A stretch of 64,000 nucleotides of DNA, taken from positions 1,685-65,684 of the forward strand of contig JAWXUA010000001.1 in NCBI GenBank assembly GCA_044433065.1, read 5' to 3'. The translations under genes were made by a program, and so were the position numbers. The stretch comes from Pseudomonadota bacterium (GTDB lineage: Bacteria > Desulfobacterota > Desulfovibrionia > Desulfovibrionales > Desulfovibrionaceae). The notes below the pieces were generated by a model. That model searched no databases. It was not told the DNA's origin and saw only the letters and a list, made by a program, of their open reading frames with translations. This document shows positions 19,101 through 27,394 of the stretch, piece after piece (the stretch's first letter is position 1; the number at the start of each line of letters is the position of its first letter).

Positions 19101-19181
19101 TTCAAGGCATGCCAAGGTACGCATTGTGATCGATGTCCGTTTATTCATGTATGCACAATTCAAGATGTTGAGGAGCCATAA
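16104..19181 (+). CDS. addB: AddB-like nuclease subunit with a C-terminal PD-(D/E)XK domain and a Cys cluster
   Basis: GRIDRVDK...ILDYKSGS nuclease motif. Cys ligands are LTCPFRFF plus CQGTHCDRCPFIHVC. ATG at 16104 with GAGG upstream overlaps the addA stop by 8 nt. The ORF-track TTG at 16074 is less likely. Confidence 0.8.
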   Translation: MHKTPSPFQIVPWNTDLLLSIKNLIVQMVDNPSDAVVIFPHSRPARHLVEQLRLAEDIPKPCLLPRMLTVQDLCGLMRAELPKRPHRTIELLDRVSLLYECVQRLAQNNDELSQHLNKGSMHQFFPWGVRLASLMEEFFTQNIQPANLAHADGEVSAFAAALLANLGHIYTSYEAALDARRWTTTGLDALRSCQNVHALPPSISNKTIIIAGFATLSGTEETIFKHMWQSGMAHIVLHTDHRILDVLHGRPAQHHWTCDDHIKWVRSWRADTILTCPPSKHQVKLDYCQGYDLHSQLHEVASILDQFGDVSHSAVVLPDTNLLMPVLHHIPDKNVNISMGYPLSRSTLFRLLETLMRLQERRKLGGQQGKGLYHWSPCIDFIRHPYIKMLSVEPCDAKTHEADASSASDSASPSGSEHPLIEILHAVEDKVREGSRFVDLELLFNEAIFSQTTVNMQGSSGLAQQISSAEPISEEARELLQKILTACLTAWEHATTPASIAMAMQELCHVLLTHGGDLWDRFPIDGECLYRLMERVIPSLQECSLKDQYFSQDVLFSIVRETIRNERVPFEADPLGGLQVLGMLESRLLHFKNIIVLDATDDALPGSAGHDPLLPDSLRPALNLPNAYRRERVTAHNFHRLLASAEHVTLLWQHSAGSGLLDSKRTRSRFVEELLWHEECKQGKIIQDGDGNVRAISCSVVPTPLTTAELVKTAAVREQMMHYLQKPLSPSRLNTYLTCPFRFFHECICGLRVPDAVHEGDDPAAIGDFLHQTLQAFYEPWRGRTIKDGDLQVADLQREFFKQFEASDMPDRLAADSLMMLKIAAPMRLASYLENQQSTMIVELESVVSADIIVDDCTIKLHGRIDRVDKREGLGHVILDYKSGSVTSFSNSVWNDDDLWIKLQSWHGDTQEGPDGHDLLLEVGKKISSIQLPCYLYMYDQSHPEASLYDAAYVELRDKGKERVLFGSTITDEDRVSAIQEQIPTLLTFLVRHLLLTPSFKACQGTHCDRCPFIHVCTIQDVEEP

Positions 19182-19231
19182 AGAACGCATTCATGGCTTA
19201 GGACTGTTTTTCATATGACTAACTTGTTTAC

Positions 19232-19260
19232 TTGACGCTTTTGTTATGTCGCTGTAGACT
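19232..19260 (+). promoter_or_regulatory. Sigma-70 promoter candidate (TTGACG-17-TAGACT)
   Basis: The hexamers and spacing were read directly. This promoter would give a leader of about 370 nt before the NMO/FabK-like gene. Confidence 0.3.
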
Positions 19261-19633
19261 GTTTGTGCATATAAGGAATATGGATTGGACATACTGTTTG
19301 AGGGAATAGCTTCCATGAAATGTTTTATGTATGCTACTGAAATCATACAAAATAGTTAAAATGATAGATTGAAAAAAAACTTCTTTGATGTTTGAGGGAA
19401 TGGATTAGAAGTATCTTTTTTCATCTTGTGTCATTTTTTGTCACTAGCTGCCTCTATATACTACAAATTTGTATTATATAGCACTGAAGTTAACAATATT
19501 CCCAATTACATGGTCATCTCATGCAATTGGACAGTGGATTATGGATTTATGGAATACGGCTCTATGCTTCAGGGGAAAACGAAGCTAGAACGTTCATCAT
19601 TATATACCCACTTAGTGGGAAGGAACCAAAACA

Positions 19634-20755
19634 ATGGCATTACCATCTTTGAAAATCGGTGATATTACGGCTCGCGTGCCCATTATTCAGGGCGGCATGG
19701 GTGTTGGCATTTCTCTTTCTGGACTCGCTTCTGCTGTGGCCAATGAAGGCGGCATTGGTGTTATTGCCGGTGCCATGATTGGCATGAAAGAGCGCGATGT
19801 GGCTACCAATCCCATTGAAGCCAACGTGCGTGCTTTGCGTCGTGAATTGCAAAAAGCTCGCGAAAATACCGACGGAATTATTGGCGTTAATATTATGGTG
19901 GCCTTAACCACCTTTAGTGAAATGGTTCGTACCTCCATCGAAAATAAAGCAGACATCATTTTTGCCGGCGCAGGCTTACCCCTTGATTTGCCAAAGCATT
20001 TGCAAGCTGCTTGCGAAGAAAAGAAAGAAGAATTTCGTACAAAGCTTGTGCCCATTGTTTCCTCGGCCCGTGCTGCAAGTGTTATTGCACGTAAGTGGCT
20101 GAATAAATTTGATTACCTTCCAGACGCTTTTGTTGTGGAAGGTCCAAAGGCTGGCGGCCACCTTGGATTTAAGCCAGAAGAAATCGACAATCCAAATTTT
20201 TCTCTTGAGCATGTTTTACCTGAAGTCATTGACGCGGTGAAATCTTTTGAGGATGCTAAGGGGCGCGCCATTCCTGTTATTGCCGCTGGTGGCGTCTATT
20301 CTGGCCAAGATATCAGCAATTATTTGAATATGGGCGCATCTGGTGTGCAGATGGGTACGCGTTTTGTGGCCACCCATGAATGCGATGCCAATCAACGCTT
20401 CAAAGATGCCTATGTCAACGCTCGCGAAGAAGACATCACCATTATTAAGAGCCCAGTGGGCATGCCCGGTCGCGCCATTGGTAATGGTTTTATTGATGCA
20501 GCACGTGAAGGTGCTAAAAAACCTTTTAAGTGCGTATTTAAATGCATCAGTTCTTGCGATCAAGAAAAGACGCCATACTGCATTGCTGCTGCACTTATCA
20601 ATGCCATGAAGGGTAATCTTGAACGTGGCTTTGCATTTTCTGGTGCTAATGTGGCTCGCATTGACGCTATTTTATCGGTACATGAATTGATTGACTCTTT
20701 GCAACGTGAATTCGAAGAAGCGTTGCGGAAACCAATGGCATTGTTACAGCGATAG
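19634..20755 (+). CDS. NAD(P)H-dependent flavin oxidoreductase of the nitronate monooxygenase / FabK-like family
   Basis: PIIQGGMGVGISLSGLASAVANEGGIGVI and the C-terminal GASGVQMGTRF TIM-barrel FMN motifs. Confidence 0.85.
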   Translation: MALPSLKIGDITARVPIIQGGMGVGISLSGLASAVANEGGIGVIAGAMIGMKERDVATNPIEANVRALRRELQKARENTDGIIGVNIMVALTTFSEMVRTSIENKADIIFAGAGLPLDLPKHLQAACEEKKEEFRTKLVPIVSSARAASVIARKWLNKFDYLPDAFVVEGPKAGGHLGFKPEEIDNPNFSLEHVLPEVIDAVKSFEDAKGRAIPVIAAGGVYSGQDISNYLNMGASGVQMGTRFVATHECDANQRFKDAYVNAREEDITIIKSPVGMPGRAIGNGFIDAAREGAKKPFKCVFKCISSCDQEKTPYCIAAALINAMKGNLERGFAFSGANVARIDAILSVHELIDSLQREFEEALRKPMALLQR

Positions 20756-20773
20756 TTTTCTTTGCCTATAAGA

Positions 20774-20809
20774 AACGCCATGAACTTGCATGTTCATGGC
20801 GTTTTTTTT
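20774..20809. terminator. Bidirectional rho-independent terminator
   Basis: aacgccatgaac / gttcatggcgtt 12-bp stem followed by T-runs. Confidence 0.8.
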
Positions 20810-20824
20810 ATTTTTTTATAAAGA

Positions 20825-21994
20825 CTATGAACGTGGATGCGCTTTGTCGTAGACGTTCATAAGGTGTGTAAGTGTCAGATGCGTATAGCGTTGCGTTGTG
20901 GAAAGACGTTCATGGCCCAGTAATTCTTGCACACTGCGTAAATCAGCACCAGCTTCCAGTAGATGCGTTGCAAAGGAGTGGCGTAATCCATGGGGAGAGA
21001 TTGCTTGGGGAAGGCCCGCTTGTGAGCATAAATCTTCAATAATTCTATTGGCTTGACGTCTATTCAGACGCATTCCGCGTGCACCAACAAAGAGGGCTTT
21101 TTCTGTATCCATAGCAATGCGTGACCGCATGGAAAACCAACTATGTAGGGACTCACGGCTGGTATCACTCAGAGGCACAAGACGCTCTTTACTGCCTTTA
21201 CCCAGTACGCGCACCACACCAGAACGGCTGTCAATGTCCAAGCTATCTAAAGAAAGTGCTTCAGAAATACGCAGACCAGAACCGTACAGCAATTCTGCGA
21301 GGCATACGTCTCGCGTATGCAAGGCCTCTTCTATGGCTGGGTCTGCATTTTTGCGGCGCGGCCGCAGTGCAGTGTCAGGAGTTCCAGCCGTAGTTTGTGC
21401 TTTGTCTGGAGTTTCTATTATCACATCTTCGGAAAAAACCTTTTCATTTGTCTTATTTGCTGAAACCTGTGAGAGTCTGGATGAAGGGCTAGCGTCTAGC
21501 AAGGCAAAGGCTTGGTCAACGTTGAGTGATTTTGGGTGGTGAAATTCTTGCTTTGGATTATGTAAGCCAGCCATAGGGTCTACTTTGATGAGGCGCAATC
21601 GGAGCATAAAACGAAAAAATGCTCGTAAAGCTGATAGCTTACGTCCCATAGAGCTCTTTGCAGTCTCAATGCGGTGCAGTTCGGCAAGAAATCGCTGGAC
21701 ATGCCGTCGCTCTACTCTTTCTGGATAATCCAAACCACAATTTTCAGCGTCTACAAAGTCATGGAATTGCTCAATGTCTCGCGCATAGGCTACGACAGTT
21801 GCCGATGAATAGCCCTTTTCTGATGCGAGATGGGCTAAAAACATATCAATTGTTTCAGGGCGCTCTACCCTATTTTCTGAGCATTGATTTTGTATTTTTT
21901 CAGAGTTGGCATCGCTTTCATGGTGGCTCTGCATCGTTGCTTGAGCACCGTTTTGTATTGCTGCTGCTTCAGCTCTTCGTATACGCCTTGCCAT
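20825..21994 (-). CDS. Xer-type tyrosine recombinase with an inter-domain insertion
   Basis: Motifs LYGSGLRISEAL, HGLRHSFATHLL and LGHERLSTTQRYTHL. ATG at 21994 lies 1 nt after the dprA stop. The ORF track starts earlier, at 22060. Confidence 0.85.
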   Translation of the reverse strand: MARRIRRAEAAAIQNGAQATMQSHHESDANSEKIQNQCSENRVERPETIDMFLAHLASEKGYSSATVVAYARDIEQFHDFVDAENCGLDYPERVERRHVQRFLAELHRIETAKSSMGRKLSALRAFFRFMLRLRLIKVDPMAGLHNPKQEFHHPKSLNVDQAFALLDASPSSRLSQVSANKTNEKVFSEDVIIETPDKAQTTAGTPDTALRPRRKNADPAIEEALHTRDVCLAELLYGSGLRISEALSLDSLDIDSRSGVVRVLGKGSKERLVPLSDTSRESLHSWFSMRSRIAMDTEKALFVGARGMRLNRRQANRIIEDLCSQAGLPQAISPHGLRHSFATHLLEAGADLRSVQELLGHERLSTTQRYTHLTLTHLMNVYDKAHPRS

Positions 21995-21995
21995 G

Positions 21996-23450
21996 TTAAG
22001 CACCCCTGCCCAGCATATAACGCATGCCGGGAAGACGTCGAACTTGTCCTGACATTTCAAGGACTAAAAGTAGTGCGCTGAGTTTACCTGCATTGAGACT
22101 AAGCGACTCAGCTATGGTATCAATATGAACTTCTCCATTTTTTCCAAGATAGTCTAGTAATTGCGCGAGGTTTGCATCAGCTTGTGGCGTTACTTTAGCA
22201 CTTGTTGTAGTTTTAGGGCGTACCGTTACTTCAGGGCCTGCCATTACGCTCATTTGCTCTGGCCTAGCGCACTTTTCGTTGTCCACCTTTGAGACTACTT
22301 CTTCGGCGTGCTGAGTGACTGCCGGCGCTAGGATATCTGAAGGGGGCAACGTTTTTTCACTTTGTTGTGCATCCTTGCGTCGTTTTTTACGCATCAGATT
22401 AAGGCACTGTGTATTTTCCAATTGATGCTGCAAAGGTGAGGCAAGATCACGCAAAATATCATCAACATGAAAGACTGGATGCGCCCCTTGTCGAATGAGA
22501 TTATGGCAGCCGCTATATTCTTGCATGGTTGAAGGACCAGGCACTGCATAGACTTCTCGATTTTGTTCTAAAGCTAAGCGTGCTGTAATCAAACTTCCAC
22601 TTCGTGCTGCGGCTTCAACCACAAGAACGCCAAGCGATAGACCACTGACAATACGGTTGCGCGCAGGAAAGTTTTGTGGCAGCGCTCGCATTCCTAATGA
22701 AAATTCAGTGACGATAAGTCCATCTTCTTGGATTTTACGAAAAAGTTTTTTATTTTCAACAGGGTAGCAAATATCTAATCCAGTGCCTAACACGCCAATA
22801 GACCGGCCAACCCCTTGCAATGCTGCATGGTGTGCCGTAGCATCAACGCCTTTAGCCATGCCAGAAATAACCGTGATGCCCACGCGGCTGAGCTCTGATG
22901 CAATGGTGTGGGCCATGGCTTGGCCTTCTTTGGAGCAAAGGCGTGACCCCACAAGGCTGATGGTAGCATTGGATAAAAGGCTTGTATCGCCTTTGCAAAA
23001 TAAAAGAATGGGAGGATCATAAATGTGGCGCAATAGTATAGGGTACTGGGGGCTTGTCCACAGTATAATGCCAACATCGCTTTTAGAAAGCTGCTTCCAT
23101 TCTTTTTCAGCACTTTTACGCCATACACCATCGTGTACTGATTGCGCTTTAGCTTCTGGAATATGCAGTCTTTTCCAGTTTGGAGCTGCCTGTACTGCAG
23201 TAAATGCAGAGCCAAAAAAGCGTACAAGTTTACCTTGTGACCTACTACCTAAGCCTTCTGTATGGCGCAAAGCAAGAGCAGCCCATAATTCACGACGCTC
23301 ATCTTCGTTGAGTTCTGAGAATTGTGGTGCATGACTTGGATATTGCGTAGAATATTCAGTTTCTAAGAGTGCATTGTTATCGTAGCTCATTAGTACATCA
23401 TTTTTCATGTCTGAAGTGGATACGTTCTTAAGACTCACAGTAATTGACAT
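21996..23450 (-). CDS. dprA: DNA processing protein DprA (Smf)
   Basis: Rossmann-like core GSRLCSKEG...ISGMAKGVDATAHHAAL...FPARNRIVSGLS...VVEAAARSGSLITA and a C-terminal winged-helix-like tail. The start codon is uncertain. Confidence 0.92.
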   Translation of the reverse strand: MSITVSLKNVSTSDMKNDVLMSYDNNALLETEYSTQYPSHAPQFSELNEDERRELWAALALRHTEGLGSRSQGKLVRFFGSAFTAVQAAPNWKRLHIPEAKAQSVHDGVWRKSAEKEWKQLSKSDVGIILWTSPQYPILLRHIYDPPILLFCKGDTSLLSNATISLVGSRLCSKEGQAMAHTIASELSRVGITVISGMAKGVDATAHHAALQGVGRSIGVLGTGLDICYPVENKKLFRKIQEDGLIVTEFSLGMRALPQNFPARNRIVSGLSLGVLVVEAAARSGSLITARLALEQNREVYAVPGPSTMQEYSGCHNLIRQGAHPVFHVDDILRDLASPLQHQLENTQCLNLMRKKRRKDAQQSEKTLPPSDILAPAVTQHAEEVVSKVDNEKCARPEQMSVMAGPEVTVRPKTTTSAKVTPQADANLAQLLDYLGKNGEVHIDTIAESLSLNAGKLSALLLVLEMSGQVRRLPGMRYMLGRGA

Positions 23451-23775
23451 GTTGCATGTTGTAAATTTTTTTTACCTCAAGAACTTAGCACGCGTTGCAT
23501 CTTTCGTCACTAAGATATATACACATAATAAAATAGCTTTTGCAATATCTAATTATATAAAAACATTTTCATTCTCATGTGTACCCTTATAATAAAGTTC
23601 TTTGTAGGCCGCTAAACATAACTTGCACCCCAGCTTGTTTTGTTGTAAAAAAGCAATTGTATGATGACCATTTTGCAGATATTTGGTTATGATGCTTTGA
23701 GGAATATGTTGCGTCCACCTATTGGTGTTATTTGCCTTGTAAGGTACTATTTTTATACGAATTTTTGGAGTTACT

Positions 23776-24753
23776 GTGTATACAATTATGCCGGATATAA
23801 CCATCTGGACTGTTTCAGTTCCTGCCGCGTTCTTTTTATTGTTAGTATTGGGATCAATAGGTTTGCCTTTCATGGCTTTGGTTGGGCAAGCATTGGCTGT
23901 TGCAAAACGCCGCTCTTTTTACAATAAGTGCGGACGCCAAATGGCTAAACTTACTGCTATTCTTGCCCCACTGGCTGTGCTTATGTTGGGGCTTGCTGTG
24001 GCTCGATTGGTACAGTTAGATGCCACGCTTCTTGACTCTCCCCTATTTTTGCCCATTGTTGCCCTTGGTGCTATTTTAACAAGTTCTGCTGTTTTTGCAG
24101 TGCTTTATGCATTCACATGGACAAAGCTTGCCAAGCTGCAACTCATCCACCAAATTTTTGGCCTTGCTGCTGGCCTTGGCATGATGAAGACCCTGTATAT
24201 TGCCTTAGCTATAGCACGCGCCATGTTTATTTCGGGCCACCCTTTACCAGCTACTGGGACCCCTCTTGAAATCATGCGGGCTTTACTCTTGCCTGCAACG
24301 CCAACCCTCATGTTGCCATGCCTTGCCACAGCGTTGTGCACAGCCATTGCGGTCACTGGTCTTTTTGCCATGATGTGGTTGATTTTACGTCGCAATGCTG
24401 ACGATTTTGGCCGTGATTATTACAATTTCACCATGTCATGGTGTGCAAGCTGGGCTACTTGTGGTTATGCAGTCTGCATCGCACCGCTCGCCTATTTATT
24501 GTGGCTTGTACTGTCTCCGCTGTTCCTGAGTATCGGCGCGACTACGCAAACAGCCATAGCTGTCATTCCGCTTGTGCCCCTTGCCTGCATCGTCATCACA
24601 CCCATTTTAGGGATTATTTGTGGTGGCATGGTAAGCCTCAATGCATCGCCCATGCGCTTTAAGCCCTTTGTATGTCTTGTTTTTATATTGCAATTCTTTG
24701 CCACAGCAAGCGTCATTGCGTTGCTTTTGACCTTTGGACGAGCCATAGCATAA
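23776..24753 (+). CDS. Polytopic membrane protein of unknown function (about 9-10 hydrophobic segments)
   Basis: The ORF is long and strongly hydrophobic. GTG at 23776 has GGAG 5 nt upstream, and an alternative ATG lies at 23788. Confidence 0.6.
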   Translation: MYTIMPDITIWTVSVPAAFFLLLVLGSIGLPFMALVGQALAVAKRRSFYNKCGRQMAKLTAILAPLAVLMLGLAVARLVQLDATLLDSPLFLPIVALGAILTSSAVFAVLYAFTWTKLAKLQLIHQIFGLAAGLGMMKTLYIALAIARAMFISGHPLPATGTPLEIMRALLLPATPTLMLPCLATALCTAIAVTGLFAMMWLILRRNADDFGRDYYNFTMSWCASWATCGYAVCIAPLAYLLWLVLSPLFLSIGATTQTAIAVIPLVPLACIVITPILGIICGGMVSLNASPMRFKPFVCLVFILQFFATASVIALLLTFGRAIA

Positions 24754-24768
24754 GCATTGCGATACTAT

Positions 24769-24845
24769 CGGGATGTGGCTCAGTCTGGTAGAGCGCTGTG
24801 TTCGGGACGCAGAGATCGAAGGTTCGAATCCTTTCATCCCGACCA
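24769..24845 (+). tRNA. tRNA-Pro (anticodon CGG), with CCA encoded
   Basis: The cloverleaf was folded by hand. The acceptor stem is cgggatg/catcccg and the D arm is gctc-agtctggta-gagc. The anticodon arm is ctgtg-ttCGGga-cgcag and the T arm is gaagg-ttcgaat-ccttt. The discriminator is A, followed by CCA. Confidence 0.93.
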
Positions 24846-24919
24846 TGGTAGCATGGTCTTACTTTTCCTTGGTGCAAAGGTTTTATCTAGCTTAAACATT
24901 TTATTTTCAGAGGTTTACA

Positions 24920-25069
24920 ATGCACACACAGAATACGTACCTGCTCAAATTTCGTCGCATTGCCCTTATTCTTGCTTTGTGCCTTGTGACTTCTACTCTA
25001 TGCACAGCTTGCTTTGTGACCGCGCGCAATGCTGATGAGGTAACTGTAGGTGGAGGTATTACCTTTTAG
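24920..25069 (+). CDS. Candidate small (49 aa) secreted or lipoprotein-like peptide, below the ORF-track size cutoff
   Basis: AGAGG lies 7 nt upstream of the ATG. The peptide is MHTQNTYLLKFRRIALILALCLVTSTLCTACFVTARNADEVTVGGGITF, with a basic n-region, a hydrophobic core and an STLC lipobox-like site. It is followed by the terminator at 25133-25178. Confidence 0.3.
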   Translation: MHTQNTYLLKFRRIALILALCLVTSTLCTACFVTARNADEVTVGGGITF

Positions 25070-25132
25070 GCACATTTATGCACAGCTTTGCATAAAACAG
25101 ACTCAAGCTCATATCTACATATGATATAAAAA

Positions 25133-25178
25133 AGCCGCCATGGTTTGCTCAAAAAGCAATGACCATGGCGGCTTTTTT
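25133..25178. terminator. Bidirectional rho-independent terminator
   Basis: agccgccatggt / accatggcggct 12-bp stem, with an A-run upstream and a T-run downstream. Confidence 0.8.
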
Positions 25179-25219
25179 ATGTGTTGTTTACCAAAGTTTG
25201 GCGTCGCGCAACGTATAGA

Positions 25220-27391
25220 CTACCTATTTGGTGCGGCACGAACAACTTCAAGGACGCACGATAATTTGCGTAATTTATCAATACTGCGATACAGCTGTGT
25301 AACATCGTGAACTTCCACAAGTAAGTCCATTTCCGATCGACCGTCCACAAGAGAACGTCCATTACACGAGTCAATATTGATATTTTCATCGCTGAGCGTG
25401 GTACTGATTTGCGCAAAAGAACCGCGTTCGTTGCGACAGAAAACATGAATACGAGCTGGGAACGGTTTACCCTCTTGGCCATCCCAGAAAACAGGTAAAA
25501 GTCTCTCGGATTCCAGCTCCATAACATGGGGACAATCGGCTGTATGTACGATAAGCCCACGACCATGGCTGGTATAGCCCACGATGGCGTCACCCGGTAC
25601 AGGGTTACAGCACTTGGCAAATTGTACAAGTAAATCGCTCACGCCAGAAACACTGACGCTTTCCGACTTGCGCTTCGCTGCTGCGGTTTCTTCTACGCTT
25701 GGTGCCGTTTCTTCTTCAGGCTCAAGAGTTTGTGGTACAACAGGTGCAGGAACCAAGAGGCTTTGCAGACGCTTGAGCACTTTTTTGGGTGTGAAGCGGG
25801 CATAACCAACTGAAGAAATCAAGTCATCTAAAGAGTTTGCAGAAAAATCACGCAAGATGCTATCAAAAGTTCCTTCGCGGATAGCCTTATTGATGTTAAG
25901 GCCCATGCGGCGCCCTTCTTTTTCCAACATTTCACGGCCCAAGGAAATGGAGCGTTCACGTTCTTCCGTGCGGACAAAGTGCTGGATGCGATTGCGAGCC
26001 TTGGCGGTCTTAACGATTTTAAGCCAGTCGCGACTTGGATGGCGATGTGCATCGGTAATGATTTCAACCGTATCACCGTTTTTCAGGTGTGTGCCTAGAG
26101 GGACAAGCTTACCGTTGATTTTGGCACCAGCACAACGATCGCCAACCTGTGAGTGGATGAGATAGGCAAAGTCAATGGGCGTCGCACCTTCAGGCAACTC
26201 TTTAACGTCGCCATTAGGCGTGTGCACATAAACTTCGTCACTAAACAAATCGAGGCGCAACGATTGCATAAATTCTTTGGAGTCCGCTTCATCTTTTTGG
26301 CGGTCCAAAATTTCGTGCAGCCATGCAAATTGTTCGACATCTCTAGGGTTTATTCGTTTGCCTTCTTTGTAAAGCCAGTGCGAAGCAACGCCGTGCTCAG
26401 CCATACGGTGCATGTCGGCAGTACGGATTTGGATTTCAATACGCTCGCCTTCTGGGCCAATGACGGTCGTGTGTACACTTTGATAGCCGTTGGCTTTAGG
26501 CATGGAAACATAGTCTTTGAAACGACCATGCACTGGCTTCCACTGTGCGTGCACAAGGCCCAAAACGGCATAACAATCACGCGGTTCCTCTACAATGACG
26601 CGGAAGGCGATGATATCGTGCATTTCATCAAGGGTGACACCTTGGCTCGTCATCTTCTTATAAATACTGGATTTATGCTTAATGCGGCCGCTGACTTCGC
26701 CCATAATATCATTGTCCGCTAGGATATCATCAATGCGTTTTGATACTTTTTCAATGAGTCGACGTTCAACAACCTGATTGTCTTCGAGCCAGTCGGAAAT
26801 TTGGGCAAAAACATCAGGCTTCATATATTTGAAGCTCAGGTCTTCAAGCTCCAATTTCACACGGTGCAGACCAAGTCTATTGGCAAGCGGTGCATAAATA
26901 TCTAACGTTTCTTGTGCAATACGCTGTTGTTTATGTCTTTTTTGGAAATCAAGCGTCCGCATATTGTGTACACGGTCCGCAAGTTTTACAATCAAAACAC
27001 GAATGTCGTGAGACATGGCCAAAATCATCTTACGTATGTTTTCGGCTTGTGCAGCTTCTTTGCTCTCAAAATTCATTTTGCCCATTTTGGTGACGCCATC
27101 CACGATGTCGGCAACTTCTTCACCAAAAAGTTCATCAAGTTCATCAACTGATGTATTGGTATCTTCAACGGTATCATGAAGTAAAGCCGCTGCAACGGTG
27201 GCCTCGTCAAAATTCATTTCTGCCAATAAATCAGCTACAGCCAAAGGGTGAGAAAAATATGGCTCACCCGACAGACGCATCTGACCTGCATGGTGGGTTG
27301 CACCAAAAACATAGGCTTTTTGAATGAGCTCAAGGTCAGCATCTTTATGTGATGACGCGACTTTGTCGAGAATGTCTTGAATTCGAATCAT
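25220..27391 (-). CDS. rel: Bifunctional (p)ppGpp synthetase/hydrolase (Rel/SpoT)
   Basis: HD hydrolase domain (HPLAVADLL...LLHDTVEDT), synthetase motif GRIKHKSSIYKKM, and TGS and C-terminal ACT regions. Confidence 0.95.
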   Translation of the reverse strand: MIRIQDILDKVASSHKDADLELIQKAYVFGATHHAGQMRLSGEPYFSHPLAVADLLAEMNFDEATVAAALLHDTVEDTNTSVDELDELFGEEVADIVDGVTKMGKMNFESKEAAQAENIRKMILAMSHDIRVLIVKLADRVHNMRTLDFQKRHKQQRIAQETLDIYAPLANRLGLHRVKLELEDLSFKYMKPDVFAQISDWLEDNQVVERRLIEKVSKRIDDILADNDIMGEVSGRIKHKSSIYKKMTSQGVTLDEMHDIIAFRVIVEEPRDCYAVLGLVHAQWKPVHGRFKDYVSMPKANGYQSVHTTVIGPEGERIEIQIRTADMHRMAEHGVASHWLYKEGKRINPRDVEQFAWLHEILDRQKDEADSKEFMQSLRLDLFSDEVYVHTPNGDVKELPEGATPIDFAYLIHSQVGDRCAGAKINGKLVPLGTHLKNGDTVEIITDAHRHPSRDWLKIVKTAKARNRIQHFVRTEERERSISLGREMLEKEGRRMGLNINKAIREGTFDSILRDFSANSLDDLISSVGYARFTPKKVLKRLQSLLVPAPVVPQTLEPEEETAPSVEETAAAKRKSESVSVSGVSDLLVQFAKCCNPVPGDAIVGYTSHGRGLIVHTADCPHVMELESERLLPVFWDGQEGKPFPARIHVFCRNERGSFAQISTTLSDENINIDSCNGRSLVDGRSEMDLLVEVHDVTQLYRSIDKLRKLSCVLEVVRAAPNR

Positions 27392-27394
27392 AAA

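Noticed and set aside
12578-19181. Large helicase-nuclease pair as a novel defence or mobile-element module.
   Set aside because: The motif set (UvrD helicase + RecB nuclease, then an inactive helicase-like subunit + nuclease with a Cys cluster) and the 8-nt overlap are classic AddAB recombination-repair features.
19426-19662. 78-aa ORF upstream of the NMO/FabK-like gene.
   Set aside because: It has a TTG start and no RBS. It overlaps the well-supported downstream start codon and RBS, and its AT-rich codon content is unlike neighbouring genes.
23553-23873. 106-aa minus-strand ORF in the dprA / membrane-protein intergenic region.
   Set aside because: It overlaps the 5-prime end of the hydrophobic plus-strand gene. 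It is an Asn/Lys/Ile-rich translation of AT-rich DNA, and no start signals were seen.
20825-24845. Tyrosine recombinase plus nearby tRNA-Pro as a signature of an integrated element.
   Set aside because: The recombinase has Xer-type motifs and is coupled to dprA. Composition between it and the tRNA looks native. I saw no repeat of the tRNA 3-prime end, and the AT-rich island lies about 8 kb further on.
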